From Macrostomum hystrix (taxonomy: Eukaryota; Animalia; Platyhelminthes), in assembly GCA_950097015.1 (NCBI GenBank), contig CATNEN010000001.1:7688001-7752000 (forward strand): a stretch of 64,000 nt of DNA, read 5' to 3'. Below, one piece after another: positions 25,201-37,553 of the stretch. Both the position numbers and the translations under genes were made by a program. Below the pieces are notes generated by a model, which was not told where the DNA came from, did no database searches, and saw only the letters and a program-made list of their open reading frames with translations. Within the stretch, counting starts at the first letter, position 1, and the number at the start of each line of letters is the position of its first letter.

Positions 25201-26787
25201 GAACTCCACGAATCTACAGATAAGAACTCCACGAATCTGCAGATAAGAACTCCACGAATCTGCAGATAAGAACTCACGAATCTACAGATAAGAACTCCAC
25301 GAATCTGTAGATAAGAACTCACGAATCTGCAGATAAGAACTCCACGAATCTACAGATAAGAACTCCACGAATCTGTAGATAAGAACTCCACGAATCTACA
25401 GATAAGAACTCCACGAATCTACAGATAAGAACTCCACGAATCTGTAGATAAGAACTCACGAATCTGCAGATAAGAACTCCACGAATCTGCAGATAAGAAC
25501 TCCACGAATCTACAGATAAGAACTCCACGAATCTGCAGATAAGAACTCCACAATTCTACAGATAAGAACTCACGAATCTACAGATAAGAACTCCACAATT
25601 CTACAGATAAGAACTCACGAATCTACAGATAAGAACTCCACGAATCTGCAGATAAGAACTCACGAATCTACAGATAAGAACTCACGAATCTACAGATAAG
25701 AACTCCACGAATCTACAGATAAGAACTCACGAATCTACAGATAAGAACTCCTCAATTCTACAGATAAGAACTCACGAATCTACAGATAAGAACTCACGAA
25801 TCTACAGATAAGAACTCACGAATCTACAGATAAGAACTCACGAATCTACAGATAAGAACTCACGAATCTACAGATAAGAACTCACGAATCTACAGATAAG
25901 AACTCACGAATCTACAGATAAGAACTCACGAATCTACAGATAAGAACTCACGAATCTACAGATAAGAACTCACGAATCTACAGATAAGAACTCCACAATT
26001 CTACAGATAAGAACTCACGAATCTACAGATAAGAACTCACGAATCTACAGATAAGAACTCCACGAATCTACAGATAAGAACTCACGAATCTACAGATAAG
26101 AACTCCTCAATTCTACAGATAAGAACTCACGAATCTACAGATAAGAACTCACGAATCTACAGATAAGAACTCACGAATCTACAGATAAGAACTCCTCAAT
26201 TCTACAGATAAGAACTCCTCAATTCTACAGATAAGAACTCCACGAATCTACAGATAAGAACTCCACGAATCTGTAGATAAGAACTCACGAATCTACAGAT
26301 AAGAACTACACAACAACAGACAAGGGAATTTAAATCTATAGACAAATAAATAAGAGTGCAATCAAGAGAATATTCTTTCTAGAGATAAAATATCTAAAAC
26401 AAATAATTCTGAACTCACCTGAAATGCTTCAAGAACATCGACCGGGGCCAACTGGCCAGAAAGCATCTTCTGCTTCAGCACATCGTACTCTTCAAGGCAG
26501 ATGGTTTTACAATTGTTTATTGGAGTACCAATACTGCTCAATTTATTCCAGAGCCGCGCTTTCTTCTCTAATAGTTCGCGTTTAGTTTTACGCTTTGATC
26601 GATAAGTAGAAATCAGACGCCAGGCAAGCTTCCCTAGCAACAGAATGGACACAGTTAGTAGGCTAGTTAGGAGCAGCTTAACACCCCAAGCCGATCCGGC
26701 ATCGTAGATGCGGCTAGCAACTAGCCAGGCGAATGGGAGAGCTACGGCTCCCGATAGCAGCAGTGCGGACAGAGAAGGAGCCTGCAT
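22275..26787 (-). CDS. FAAH-like (amidase-signature family) membrane protein, predicted catalytically dead; exons 26787-26419, 25059-24793, 22946-22275
   Basis: N-terminal hydrophobic anchors. LKQKMLSGQLAPVDVLEAFQ, YNGALVAFED and QKDHPVVLALRAEG align by eye with the FAAH N-terminal half. Phase-0 introns give an intact ORF of ~435 aa. Confidence 0.68.
23030..24740. repeat. 30-bp minisatellite (>50 copies) in FAAH-like intron 2
   Basis: Unit aattc(ct/ta)atattcacctagactagataggg. Confidence 0.97.
25079..26310. repeat. 22/23-bp minisatellite in FAAH-like intron 1
   Basis: Unit agataagaactc(c)acgaatctac. Confidence 0.96.
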
Positions 26788-27214
26788 TGGATTTCGCGAC
26801 GCAGAGTTGTCTGTCTGGGCTAATGATCTTTCTTTTGGCTAGCTTATAACTCCTAACTCTACTGGATATATAAGCTATTGTGAGAAAGATCTATAGGGAT
26901 AGACCCGCGGTGAGGGGGTGACAGAGAGAGCCAGTAAGATCACCAACTGTACTCAAACTTCTGCTAACTATAGTTGAGTTGTGAGTGCTATATTGTCATA
27001 GATTCATATATAGTAAAGAAGCCCGATACAATAGACAAGATATATTTAGACAGAACGAAACTGACTAGTAGCACAATTCTTAACAATACGATTGCTCTAA
27101 AGAACTGTAGAACTGTGTGAGGTACCTGAAACTACTCACGACGCTTAAAACTGAGCTGGCTGCTTAAACTCCTAATCTGAAACTTCTCAAAACTATTAAA
27201 GAACTGCTTAAACT

Positions 27215-27688
27215 AATTTAACTAGATTTAACTGCTCAAACATGATTTAACTACTCAAACACGGTTTAACTACTCAAACATGATTTAACTACTCAAAAAT
27301 GATTAAAACTACTCAAATATGATTAAAACTACTCAAACATGATTAAAACTACTCAAAAATGATTAAAACTACTCAAATATGATTAAAACTACTCAAACAT
27401 GATTAAAACTACTCAAACATTATTTAACTACTCAAACATGATTTAACTACTCAAACATGATTAAAACTACTCAAACATGATTTAACTACTCAAACATGAT
27501 TTAACTACTCAAACATGATTAAAACTACTCAAAAATGATTAAAACTACTCAAAATGATTTAACTACTCAAACATGATTAAAACTACTCAAAATGATTTAA
27601 CTACTCAAACATGATTAAAACTACTCAAACATGATTTAACTACTCAAACATGATTAAAACTACTCAAACATGTTTTAACTGCTCAACC
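27215..27688. repeat. 19/20-bp minisatellite between GBA2 and the FAAH-like gene
   Basis: Unit aactactcaaacatgatt(t/aa). Confidence 0.93.
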
Positions 27689-28704
27689 CTTATTATACAG
27701 CTTAACCATAATAACCATAAGCAAGACCCACCTAAATCTCTATCCCAGCAGATGCTTATAAAACGATAGCACTACTATTTAAGATGATAAAATTGAAATT
27801 AAAAGAACAAAAATCGAAAATATGTTCGTAATTTGTATTTTTGCTAACAACTTTATTTTTGTTCGGATACATCGAGACTTATAAAAATGTATTAATACGT
27901 TACAAAATATAAACAATGTCATACTCAATTGAGTACTTTGTTCTTAATAAGTTTCCAGGTGCCTCAGATCTCCATTTTTATGCGTCCTATATGTATCGAA
28001 AAAAGCATTTTAAATATCTTGAATTAAGCTCAGTCGTGTACAAAGACAAGCATTTTAACCAATCAGCTGTGCAGAACTCTGTTTAATTCGCTACATTCTC
28101 TATTAAAAACAAGACACTAGTATCCGCGATTCCAAAAAACAACAATAAAGACAAATATTAAGTTAACTCAATACTTTAGTTTGTTGATTGATTCAACGCA
28201 ATAAATATCGCAATATAAGTCAATCAGAAAATAACGTGTACATATGACAATGATGAAAGCAATTTAGATAATAAAAATAAATACAGACTAAAAAAACACT
28301 CAACCTAGAAAAAGTATTACAACAAAGTAGGATCATATCTTCTAGTAGAAGAAATTGTCAAATTAATAGTACACAAAAGAAGAAAGTGAAAAATCTGTTA
28401 ATCAGCAAAAAATCTGCAAACGTGTTTCTAGACCATTTACTATCTCCATCGTATGTAATAAAGTAAAAACCATTAATTGACTCTAAACAGCAGGAAAAAA
28501 TATGAACTGTAGAAACAAAAATATGGATTGCTCAAAAAGGCTGCCAGATGAAATCTATAAAAAAAATTGACAAAAGAAGTACAAAACATAAAAACACCAA
28601 AAAGCATGAAATGTTAAACAAAAATAGCTTACTGAACACTTTAAATTAGTTTTCGCAAAAAATCTCGTGCTAAACTTTTCGCGAACCTTTTCACTGAATC
28701 TCTT

Positions 28705-29045
28705 TTCAGAATCCTTTTCGGAAATCGCTTGTGAGAATCCCATTTGACAATCCCTTGCGGGAATCCCTTTGCAGGAATCCTTTCGGGGATCTCTTGCGGG
28801 AATCCCTTTGGGGAATCCCTTTCGGGAATCCCTTTCGGGAATCCCTTTCGGGAATCCCTTTCGGGAATCCCTGATGGGAATCCCTTTCGGGAATCATTTC
28901 GGGAATCCATTTGGGAATCCATTGTGGAAATCCCTTTCAGGAATCCCTTTTTGGAAAACCCCTTCAGGAATCCCATTAAGAAATCCCTTTCGGAGAATCC
29001 CTTTCGGAAATCCCATTAAGGGATTCCTTGGAAGAATCCTTCTGA
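28705..29045. repeat. 13-bp gggaatccctttc array downstream of the GBA2 stop
   Basis: Direct inspection. The same unit recurs at 31850-32150. Confidence 0.88.
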
Positions 29046-29181
29046 GAAAACAGTTATATTTTCAACAAAAGTTTTTTTAGTTCAATATTCTAGCGAATTA
29101 GAAATACTTTGTTCACAAAATTTTAAACATGGAATTATAATAGATTATCAGATCAATTAGATGAGTGTAATCAGATTCATT

Positions 29182-32100
29182 TCACTTTGAAGCCGCAGCC
29201 TTCCTAGCCGCCCGCAGCAGAGCCCAGATGCACAATGGTCGCATGTAGCCCAGGGAACGAAAGCGTCCGTCGGAGAAAATCGCCTCCGGTGTCTGATAGG
29301 CCAGGCCGAAATTGTCCCAGACTGTGCGATAAGTGCCGCCAGCGCAGGTCCAAGCCTCATTGGTCAGGCCGGCTTCCAGCATCAGCGCTGCGACACCGTA
29401 GGAGACGCCAATCCAGGATTCTTCGGCTTGAATGGATCGCAGTTCCGGTCCAGGCGGCTTAATTAGCCGACCGCCATTAAATAGGCCCATTTGGCCGTTA
29501 AAACTCTGCAAATTTTGCGTTAAACAATCTTGTGAGATAGGATCAAAATATCAAATATTAAAACCTGATACGAGGAGTCTTCGTTTTGGGAATTCCCTGC
29601 GCATAATATAAAACAGGGTTTTCTCGATAAGGTATAATACGGCGTGGGTTTTCCCAATCAGGAATCCCCAGCGTGTGAACTGGAATAGAGTTTTCCAAAT
29701 TGGAAACCCTAAGTCCATAATGTAACATAGGGAATCCCCATAGTATAATCTGACATGGGGTTTTCCCGATTGGGAATGCCGTGTATATGTATAGCATGGG
29801 TTTTCCTTATTGGAAATCAGGCACGTAGCTTTTCCCACTAGGAATCCCCAGTTAGTATTAAGCACGGGTTTTCCCAGTTGGGAATCTCCATTGTATAATC
29901 TGGCATTGGGTTTTTCCTGATTGGGATTCCCCAGCGTTAAATTTGAAATGGTGTTTTTCTAATTATAAATCCTACTCTATTATGTAACATAGGGTATTTC
30001 CAATAGGGAATCCCATGTTTAAATTAGAACAAGGTTTTCCTAATTTGGAATCCCAATGTATTTAATCTGGAATGGGTTTTTTTTAATTGGGAATACCTGT
30101 GCATATTGTGACATTCTCTTTTGGGAATCCCTGACGCAAAATCTAGACGGGGTTTTCCCGATTGGGAATCCGCAGTGTTGAATGAGGAATGGGGTTTTCC
30201 CAATTAGGAACCCCTATTGACATATGAAAGTATGTCATATTTTCGATCTGAAATCTGCTTTCGTTTAACTACCTGGGCTAAACAGTTGCATTTAAAAACT
30301 GTTTCCATAGTAACGCGAACCGCTTCGTCGGGTAGCAACGGTTCCTCGTCTGGGGTGGAAGTTTTCTCAGCGTTCACAGGTTGAGACGCTTTCAGCATCC
30401 AATAGCCGAACAGCTGATCGGACATGACCGTGTCAGAGAATCGGCCGCCAGTGTCGAATCGAAATTGTTCCCCAGTCCATAGTTTGGCCAGGTAGCTGGC
30501 TCTGGCGCGATCGGCCAATCGGCGCCATTCAGCAGCGTCCGAGTCCGATCGGTCGGTCGTAGCGGCGGACATTTCGGCGGTGGCTCGCAGAGCGGCTAGC
30601 CACAGGCCGGCGCAGTAGGCTGACACTCCGGTCATGGGCCAGGCGTCGTAGGTTTGATCGGCGTAGCCTGCAGTGTTGTTAATTTTAGCTGCGTTTAAAA
30701 ATAGCCTAGGGAAAGGATTTCCCGGGAATTCCGATAAAGGAAAATGTTCTTTCGGGAAGACCCTATAATGGATTTTCACGGGACTTTCGACACATAATCA
30801 GGCAAGGGATTGATTCCCTGGGAAATCCAATCTTGGACACCCCAAAATAGATTTTCACGGGATTTTCGACAGAGCATCCGAAAAAGGATTCACTCGGAAA
30901 TCAAACCTAGGACACCCAGAACGGACTTTCTTGGGATTTCCGACACAGAAAGGAATTCCCTGGGAAATCCAATCTTGAACATCCTAGAATGGATATTCAC
31001 AGGATTTCCGAAATAGAATCCGGAATGGAATTCCGCGGGAAATCCAAACTTGGATACCACAGAAGTTATTTTCGTGAATTTTGACACAGAATCCAAATAG
31101 GGATTCCCTCGAAAATCCAACCTCGGACACCCCATAATGGATTTTTTGGGTTTTCCGACACATAATCAGGCAAGGGATTTCCTAGGAAATCCAATATTGG
31201 AGACTCCATAAACTTTTCTCGTGGATTTCGACCTAAAACCATTAAAAAATTATGAAGCCAGCGACTAAGTGTTTACGCACCGGTATTCTCCACTAGTCCA
31301 TCGTTGTCAGTGTCCCATTGTAGACAGTGTCGCATTAAGCCTTCAACGGCGGGCATCATGTCGGCCAGGTATTCGGCATTGTACTCCGGCAATAATTTCC
31401 AATCTCGATAGACGCAGAGTACAAACTTAGGATTTAAATCGCGCCAATCGTCGCTGCACATCATTATGTAACTGTTGACGCGAATAAATGGCTCGTCCTC
31501 TGTATGATGAAACAGAAAGGGTTTAAAAAACTATTTACTACTGAAAGTAGTCCGAAATAAGAAAGCAACTTTTTATCAAACCTGGATCGCCCAGATCGTG
31601 AGGCAGAGCCATGCGCTGATTGCGTGCAGTCCTGGTGTTAGTAACCACCCAATAGACTTTGGTCTGATCTTCATCAAGGGCAGCTTTGGCTGGAAGTAAT
31701 GACAAAAAATTGTTTAGAGCGAGAAACAGGTGCGCTGTGATTTGGATTTCATTAGAGTGGTAAGTACAGTTGGAATTAAGAGGTGTAGTAATCTATGACC
31801 AGGAGTTCCTCGGCGCCAGGTCAAGGAAATTTCGAAAGTTTATTTCGGGAATCTATTTTGGAAATTCTCTTTCAGGGGTTTCTTTGAGAATCCTTAGGGT
31901 ATTCCTTTCGGGAATTCCTATGGGGGAATCCATTTCGGGAAATGCTTTCGGGAATCCCTTTCGGGAATCAATTTCGGGAATCTCTTTTGGGAATCCCTTC
32001 CGGGAATCCCTTCCGGGAATCCCTTCCAGGAATCCCTTCCAGGAATCCCTTCCGGGAATCCCCTTCGGGATTCCCTTTCACGAATACCTTTCGGGAATCC

Positions 32101-35100
32101 ATTTCGGGGATCCCGTACACGAATCTTATTACGAACTTTCCGGAAATTTTCGGTCATTATTTTATTGGAAATTTCTCTTAGGTAGCGCCTTTGGAATCCA
32201 ATGGTTGAAATCATAAGTACTCTTCGTACCACAAATGTGGTTGTGACGACACAGCCAACTAAAACTTACCAAAATCGTACTGAATAGCCATCTGTAATTT
32301 TGGGAAATTTTCCAAAAATGCCCACGAGGCGTAAGTGTGCACATCGTACGTTGAGTACATGCGGTACTCGTGACCCTCTAGGTAGGCGAATAAGCCCATG
32401 TCGGCCTTCACCGGACAGGCCCAACGGCCTGGTTCAGAGTGAATAGCGTTGACGTCGCCTCCGTCTAGCCAGACGCTGCCCGAATCGCTCAGATAGTAGC
32501 TCTCGTTGAAGACGGCTGACTTGAACCAGTCGGGCAATCCGGCATCGTTTAAAACGCCACTGTGCCACTTCCGGATGGCGTCTAGCCAATCAGGAAGGCG
32601 ACGAAACGCGTGACGAATCAGAGCGATGGTGGCCTCTGATTGGCTGCCGTTGAACCAGCGAACGTGGCGTCTGAAATGGTTTGCAAAATGGCGAGTAAGA
32701 GTCGTTGCTTTGATAGCGAGATGTGTGAAAACTCAGGCTAGTAAGAGTCGCAGTTTCGATAGCGGGAGGTGTGAAAATTCAGGCTAGTAAGAGTCGCAGT
32801 TTCGATAGCGTGGTGTGAAAACTCAGGCTAGTAAGAGTCGCAGTTTCGATAGCGGGAGGTGTGAAAATTCAGGCTAGTAAGAGTCGCAGTTTCGATAGCG
32901 TGGTGTGAAAAATCAGGCTAGTAAGAGTCGCAGTTTCGATAGCGGGAGGTGTGAAAATTCAGGCTAGTAAGAGTCGCAGTTTCGATAGCGGGAGGTGTGA
33001 AAATTCTGTCTAGTAAGAGTCGCAGTTTCGATAGCGGGAGGTGTGAAAATTCAGGCTAGTAAGAGTCGCAGTTTCGATAGCGTGGTGTGAAAACTCAGGC
33101 TAGTAAGAGTCACAGTTTCGATAGCGGGAGGTGTGAAAATTCAGGCTAGTAAGAGTCGCAGTTTCGATAGCGGGAGGTGTGAAAATTCTGTCTAGTAAGA
33201 GTCGCAGTTTCGATAGCGGGAGGTGTGAAAATTCAGGCTAGTAAGAGTCGCAGTTTCGATAGCGTGGTGTGAAAACTCAGGCTAGTAAGAGTCACAGTTT
33301 CGATAGCGGGAGGTGTGAAAATTCAGGCTAGTAAGAGTCGCAGTTTCGATAGCGTGGTGTGAAAACTCAGGCTAGTAAGAGTCACAGTTTCGATAGCGGG
33401 AGGTGTGAAAGTTCAGGCTAGTAAGAGTCGCAGTTTCGATAGCGGGAGGTGTGAAAATTCAGGCTAGTAAGAGTCGCAGTTTCGATAGCGTGGTGTGAAA
33501 AATCTGACTACACGAGTCGCTTCTTAAATGAGCGCTCACCTCGTGTAGGACTGCTGGCCGGCATGAAATTTCACGCTAGGCATGTGCCAAGCAAGACAGA
33601 ATTTGGCAGATTCCACGGACTGACGAGCTGGTACTCTGCTAGTGACACAGACAGCGGTGGCAATCTCTTCTCCGGTTTTAGTCGCCAGATTGTCATTTTC
33701 AGCAGCAAATTTACTATCTGAATCAGACTGTGGCCAACTGATTAGACGACCCGTGTTTAACAGTGAGTACCATAGTCGATTAGCCATAGTTGGATCCTTA
33801 GCTGGATCGAAACGCGGCCAAATTGTCACGGAGGACTGTAAATTGTTGTCGGTACAAAACACTAATTAATAAAGGCTTCATAAGTAATTGAATAAGTAAA
33901 TCTTCGTTATGGGGCACGGATTGCTAGTCCACATGCCAATATTGGGCAGCAAAATTATATTTCTGTAATCATGACTTCGGCTCGCATTTTTTGCTGCTTT
34001 TGTAAGTATCGAATCATTTTTTAGATTAAAATGAAAAAAATTAGGCCTTATGAACGGCTGATGAACTGTTTTCTTCATGGCATGACACACCACTATGAAC
34101 AGAAAAGTAATTGCACTTAAACTTTTCGTTAAACTCACATTATCAGCGGGCATTGCTGCCACACCATAGGTGCAAGGCAAACCGGCCATCTGCTGATGAA
34201 TTAGCGCGCCAATCGGGCCAGTTTGTTGACCAGTCTGGTTATCGTTAAACGGCTCAACGGTGACCCCGCCTGCTCTATCGGCCGAGGTGCCGTCGCCATT
34301 TTTAAAGCAGAATGTCAGGCTAACTTCCAGATCTTCGCCTAAAGAATTCTCTACGCGCCATTCGAATAAAGCGACGGGTAGGCAGGAGTCCTGTGCAGGG
34401 AAAATTGATTTGGAATTCGCAGTTAGTAAATAGTAAATAGGCACACGTAAAATAGCAACTCGACAATATGTAAGGGATAAATACGCAGCCAGCTAGAGGC
34501 ATTTCTGCTGACTCCTGAATATACACGCACACATACTGTACGCAGGCAGGTACACTCAAAAGTTATGTACATCTCTATTTCAATTGACTTTCTCATCGTC
34601 AAAAAAGGCACACTAATAGTCGTAAGCAACACAAACACGCAAGTATTCTCTACTCGGCTGCGCCCCAGTGTGAAATTAGGCGGGAGTTGCGAAAACTCAG
34701 GCTATTAAGATACGCTCTTTCGATAGCAGGAGGTGTGAAAATTCAGGCTAGTAAGAGTCGCAGTTTCGATAACGGGAGGTGTGAAAATTCAGGCTAGTAA
34801 GAGTCGCAGTTTCGATAGCGGGAGGTGTGAAAATTCAGGCTAGTAAGAGTCGCAGTTTCGATAACGGGAGGTGTGAAAACTCAGGCTAGTAAGAGTCGCA
34901 GTTTCGATATCGGGAGGTGTGAAAATTCAGGCTAGTAAGAGTCGCAGTTTGGATAACGGGAGGTGTGAAAACTCAGGCTAGTAAGAGTCGCAGTTTCGAT
35001 ATCGGGAGGTGTGAAAACTCAGGCTAGTACGAGTCGCAGTTTCGATAGCGGGAGGTGTGAAAATTCAGGCTAGTAAGAGTCGCAGTTTCAATAGCGGGAG

Positions 35101-35960
35101 GTGTGAAAATTCTGGCTAGTGAGAGTCTTTGTTTCGATAGCGGGAGGTGTGAAAACTCAGGCTAGTAGTTTTGATAGCCGGTTATTTTATATTATATTTT
35201 CAAATGACTTTGACGATTAGAAAATTAAAATTAGCAGGACAATCTCTATTCGATAGAGGACCAGACGGTGTCCAATAAAAATTACCGTATAATCGTGTGG
35301 CACAACCGGACTAGTCTGTCGACAGAGCAGCCTAACGCCACGATAGGGTAGCTTATAGACAGTCCAGGACTGCGGATAGAGGCCATGATAGGCACAGGAC
35401 TCTTCGGGCATGCCGCTGGCCCAGCCAGCCATCGCTGGCCGGCGAAAATTTTTAAACACTAGGGCTCGTTGAAACACAGTGCCGCCTCGTTTGCGCAGCG
35501 TCACAATGAAACAATCGGCCTCAGGCTGTTCATACTCGTACAATCCAGGCACCAACTGGAAGCGACGAAATTCGCCGCGAAAACCTCGACCAATACTGCC
35601 GCAGCCGAGTCCGCCAAGTGGCACACCGTACACTGGCTCGTACGGCACGTGTACTAAGCCGTCGATGAACGGTCGACGCTTCTCTATGAAACGTTTTCTC
35701 AAATAGAATTTAAACAGATAGCGCAAAGACGGCAGAAGCAGTTCCAATAGTTGATGCCAACGCGGTCGATGAAACGGTTGGCAACTAGCGAATTCGCGGC
35801 TAAATGTGGCCAGCCAGCCGTGAGACGGCGGGCGCCAATCGTCCGGACAGTTGAGCTCGGCGAAAAGAGCCTCCGCGGCGGCTTGATCTTTGCTCCAAGC
35901 CTGCTGCTGCTGCTGCGCAGCACCATTCTGTTCGTGTGTCATTCCGTTCAAGTTGTCCAC
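29182..35960 (-). CDS. GBA2: Non-lysosomal glucosylceramidase (GH116); exons 35960 (ATG 35942)-35286, 34390-34139, 33835-33540, 32670-32270, 31689-31582, 31499-31281, 30667-30273, 29505-29182
   Basis: GVPLGGLGCGSIGRGFRGEF, YLEGHEYRMYSTYDVH (nucleophile region), PHDLGDP, WRDLNPKF, DQTYDAW (acid/base) and YQTPEA...FRSLGYMRPL. Splice phases are consistent. Confidence 0.96.
29580..31210. repeat. Degenerate GGGAATCCC-containing repeats in GBA2 introns 7 (29580-30210) and 6 (30710-31210)
   Basis: Recurrent ttttcccxattgggaatccc and gggaaatccaa units. The span also includes exon 7. Confidence 0.65.
31850..32150. repeat. 13-bp gggaatcccttt/c array in GBA2 intron 4
   Basis: Same unit as 28705-29045. 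Confidence 0.85.
32693..33520. repeat. 44/46-bp minisatellite in GBA2 intron 3
   Basis: Unit aggctagtaagagtcgcagtttcgatagcgggaggtgtgaaaattc. Confidence 0.95.
34440..34600 (-). mobile_element. SINE family B fragment
   Basis: gcagccagc..gaggcatttctgctgactcctga and actttctcatcgtca match the family B 3' half. Confidence 0.55.
34680..35168. repeat. 46-bp minisatellite in GBA2 intron 1
   Basis: Same unit as 32693-33520. Confidence 0.95.
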
Positions 35961-37553
35961 CTGTTGTTTTTTATGCTGTAATTTAGAGTTTTTGGTAGTT
36001 TATCATAACAAGTAGCACAATTTTATACTTTTTAAACAAAATGCCGCTTGAAAACTAACGCTATTTAGTTATCTAACACAGAACAATAATTAGGTAACTT
36101 GGCCTGATATAAAAGACATACGTTGGCACTTCAGAAACATTTTGCACTTTTGATAGTCGCGACTAGGTTTTTTTAGTGGAATGATTTTCACAGTACCCGT
36201 ATAATACTTCAAAAGATGTCTTGCCGGGTGAAGATAGTCTTTAAGAGCAAAGCTACTTCGAAAGAAACAGACAAGTGTTAACAAAACGGGAAAATTATTT
36301 CTAACTCGAAAATCTACATTTCAACTTGCGTTAAAAAAATTCTAACTATTTTAAAGTTTACAAGAAAGAAAATCTGATCCAGATATATTCAATTAGAGAC
36401 AGTTATTAGAAAATTAGGATAATATTCTAAAATGTTTTCTTAAATCAGTGGATGGTTAGTAATTAGAAGATATTTTTTATTAGCCGCGCATGAGAAGATG
36501 CTTAAAAAACTAAAAAAACCACCGAATGGATTTAGCAATCATGGACAAGAATTCATGTTTGATTCTGCGAATGAATATTCTTAGAATAATATACTAGTCA
36601 GCGCGGAGTTTTTTTGTTAAGGCGAACACATATAAAAGTAGTCTAAGTATTGTGATAAAGAAAGACTACACATCCTTATCAGGGAGGGAGCAGGGAGCAG
36701 GGAGGAAGGGAGGCGGCGCAGGAGCGCCCGACCCATCCCCAACGTTACTAGTCATCGTTTCAGCAGCAGGAAGTGATTTTGAGAGTCTTTTGGCAACAGC
36801 ACCAAGCCATGACCATCCTCAACCTCCGCTTTGAAGTCTTCTTTTTTACAACTCCTAACACTCACCCAGCTTGCCGCAAATGTGTTGTGCTCTAACAGAA
36901 TCTTGCGCCCAGTAGGTCTTTCTGACGACACAATAGCAGCAGCTGGAGTATTAAAACCCCTTGGCTTCTGCCTCTCACATCAAATCTTATCCAATAAAAT
37001 TAGCTCTGCTACAAAGAAGCACTATCAGCCTTTTCTGTTTGTCCGATTCAGGGCGCCAAGCAGCATTGCTGTAATTTTTTCTCCACCCAAACTCCTTCCG
37101 CGGTTTCCAAGGCGAACCTGTTTAAGGGGGTGGAGCAGACAGGGGACGCTGGAGACAGGGCAAAAAAAGAATAATAAAAAGACAACATCGCTAATGCGTC
37201 AGAACAGACGAGGAAGATACTATTTCTATAGCTCCTGTCAACACATTCTGAGCGCTGAATCGCGAATACAAGTTGAGAACTACTTGAAGAAAGGTAAGCC
37301 TAACTACAATCATACAAGGTGTTGCTCTTTACGAGTTAACTAGCAAACCGATGTAGATACTGCAAAGAACTGTCACTTTCATAACCGATATCTACATTTA
37401 CTTGTTTGTAGAGAAATCTCTGAAGGCCAAAAATATGTTTATACGTTAAATTTCATTCACTATTTAAAAACTTGGCGATAGGCCCACTACTTTGAAGATT
37501 CGAATCTTTAAGTCTTATCCGATACATTCCAGCAGCAACCCATCATAAAAATC

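Noticed and set aside
32693-33520. ctcttact and actgcga words in the 46-bp unit resemble the SL
   Set aside because: Only 7-8 nt matches, in a different order, which is compatible with chance.
36831-37343. 170-aa ORF upstream of the RRxS protein
   Set aside because: TTG start and no recognisable features. More likely a 5' UTR exon and promoter sequence.
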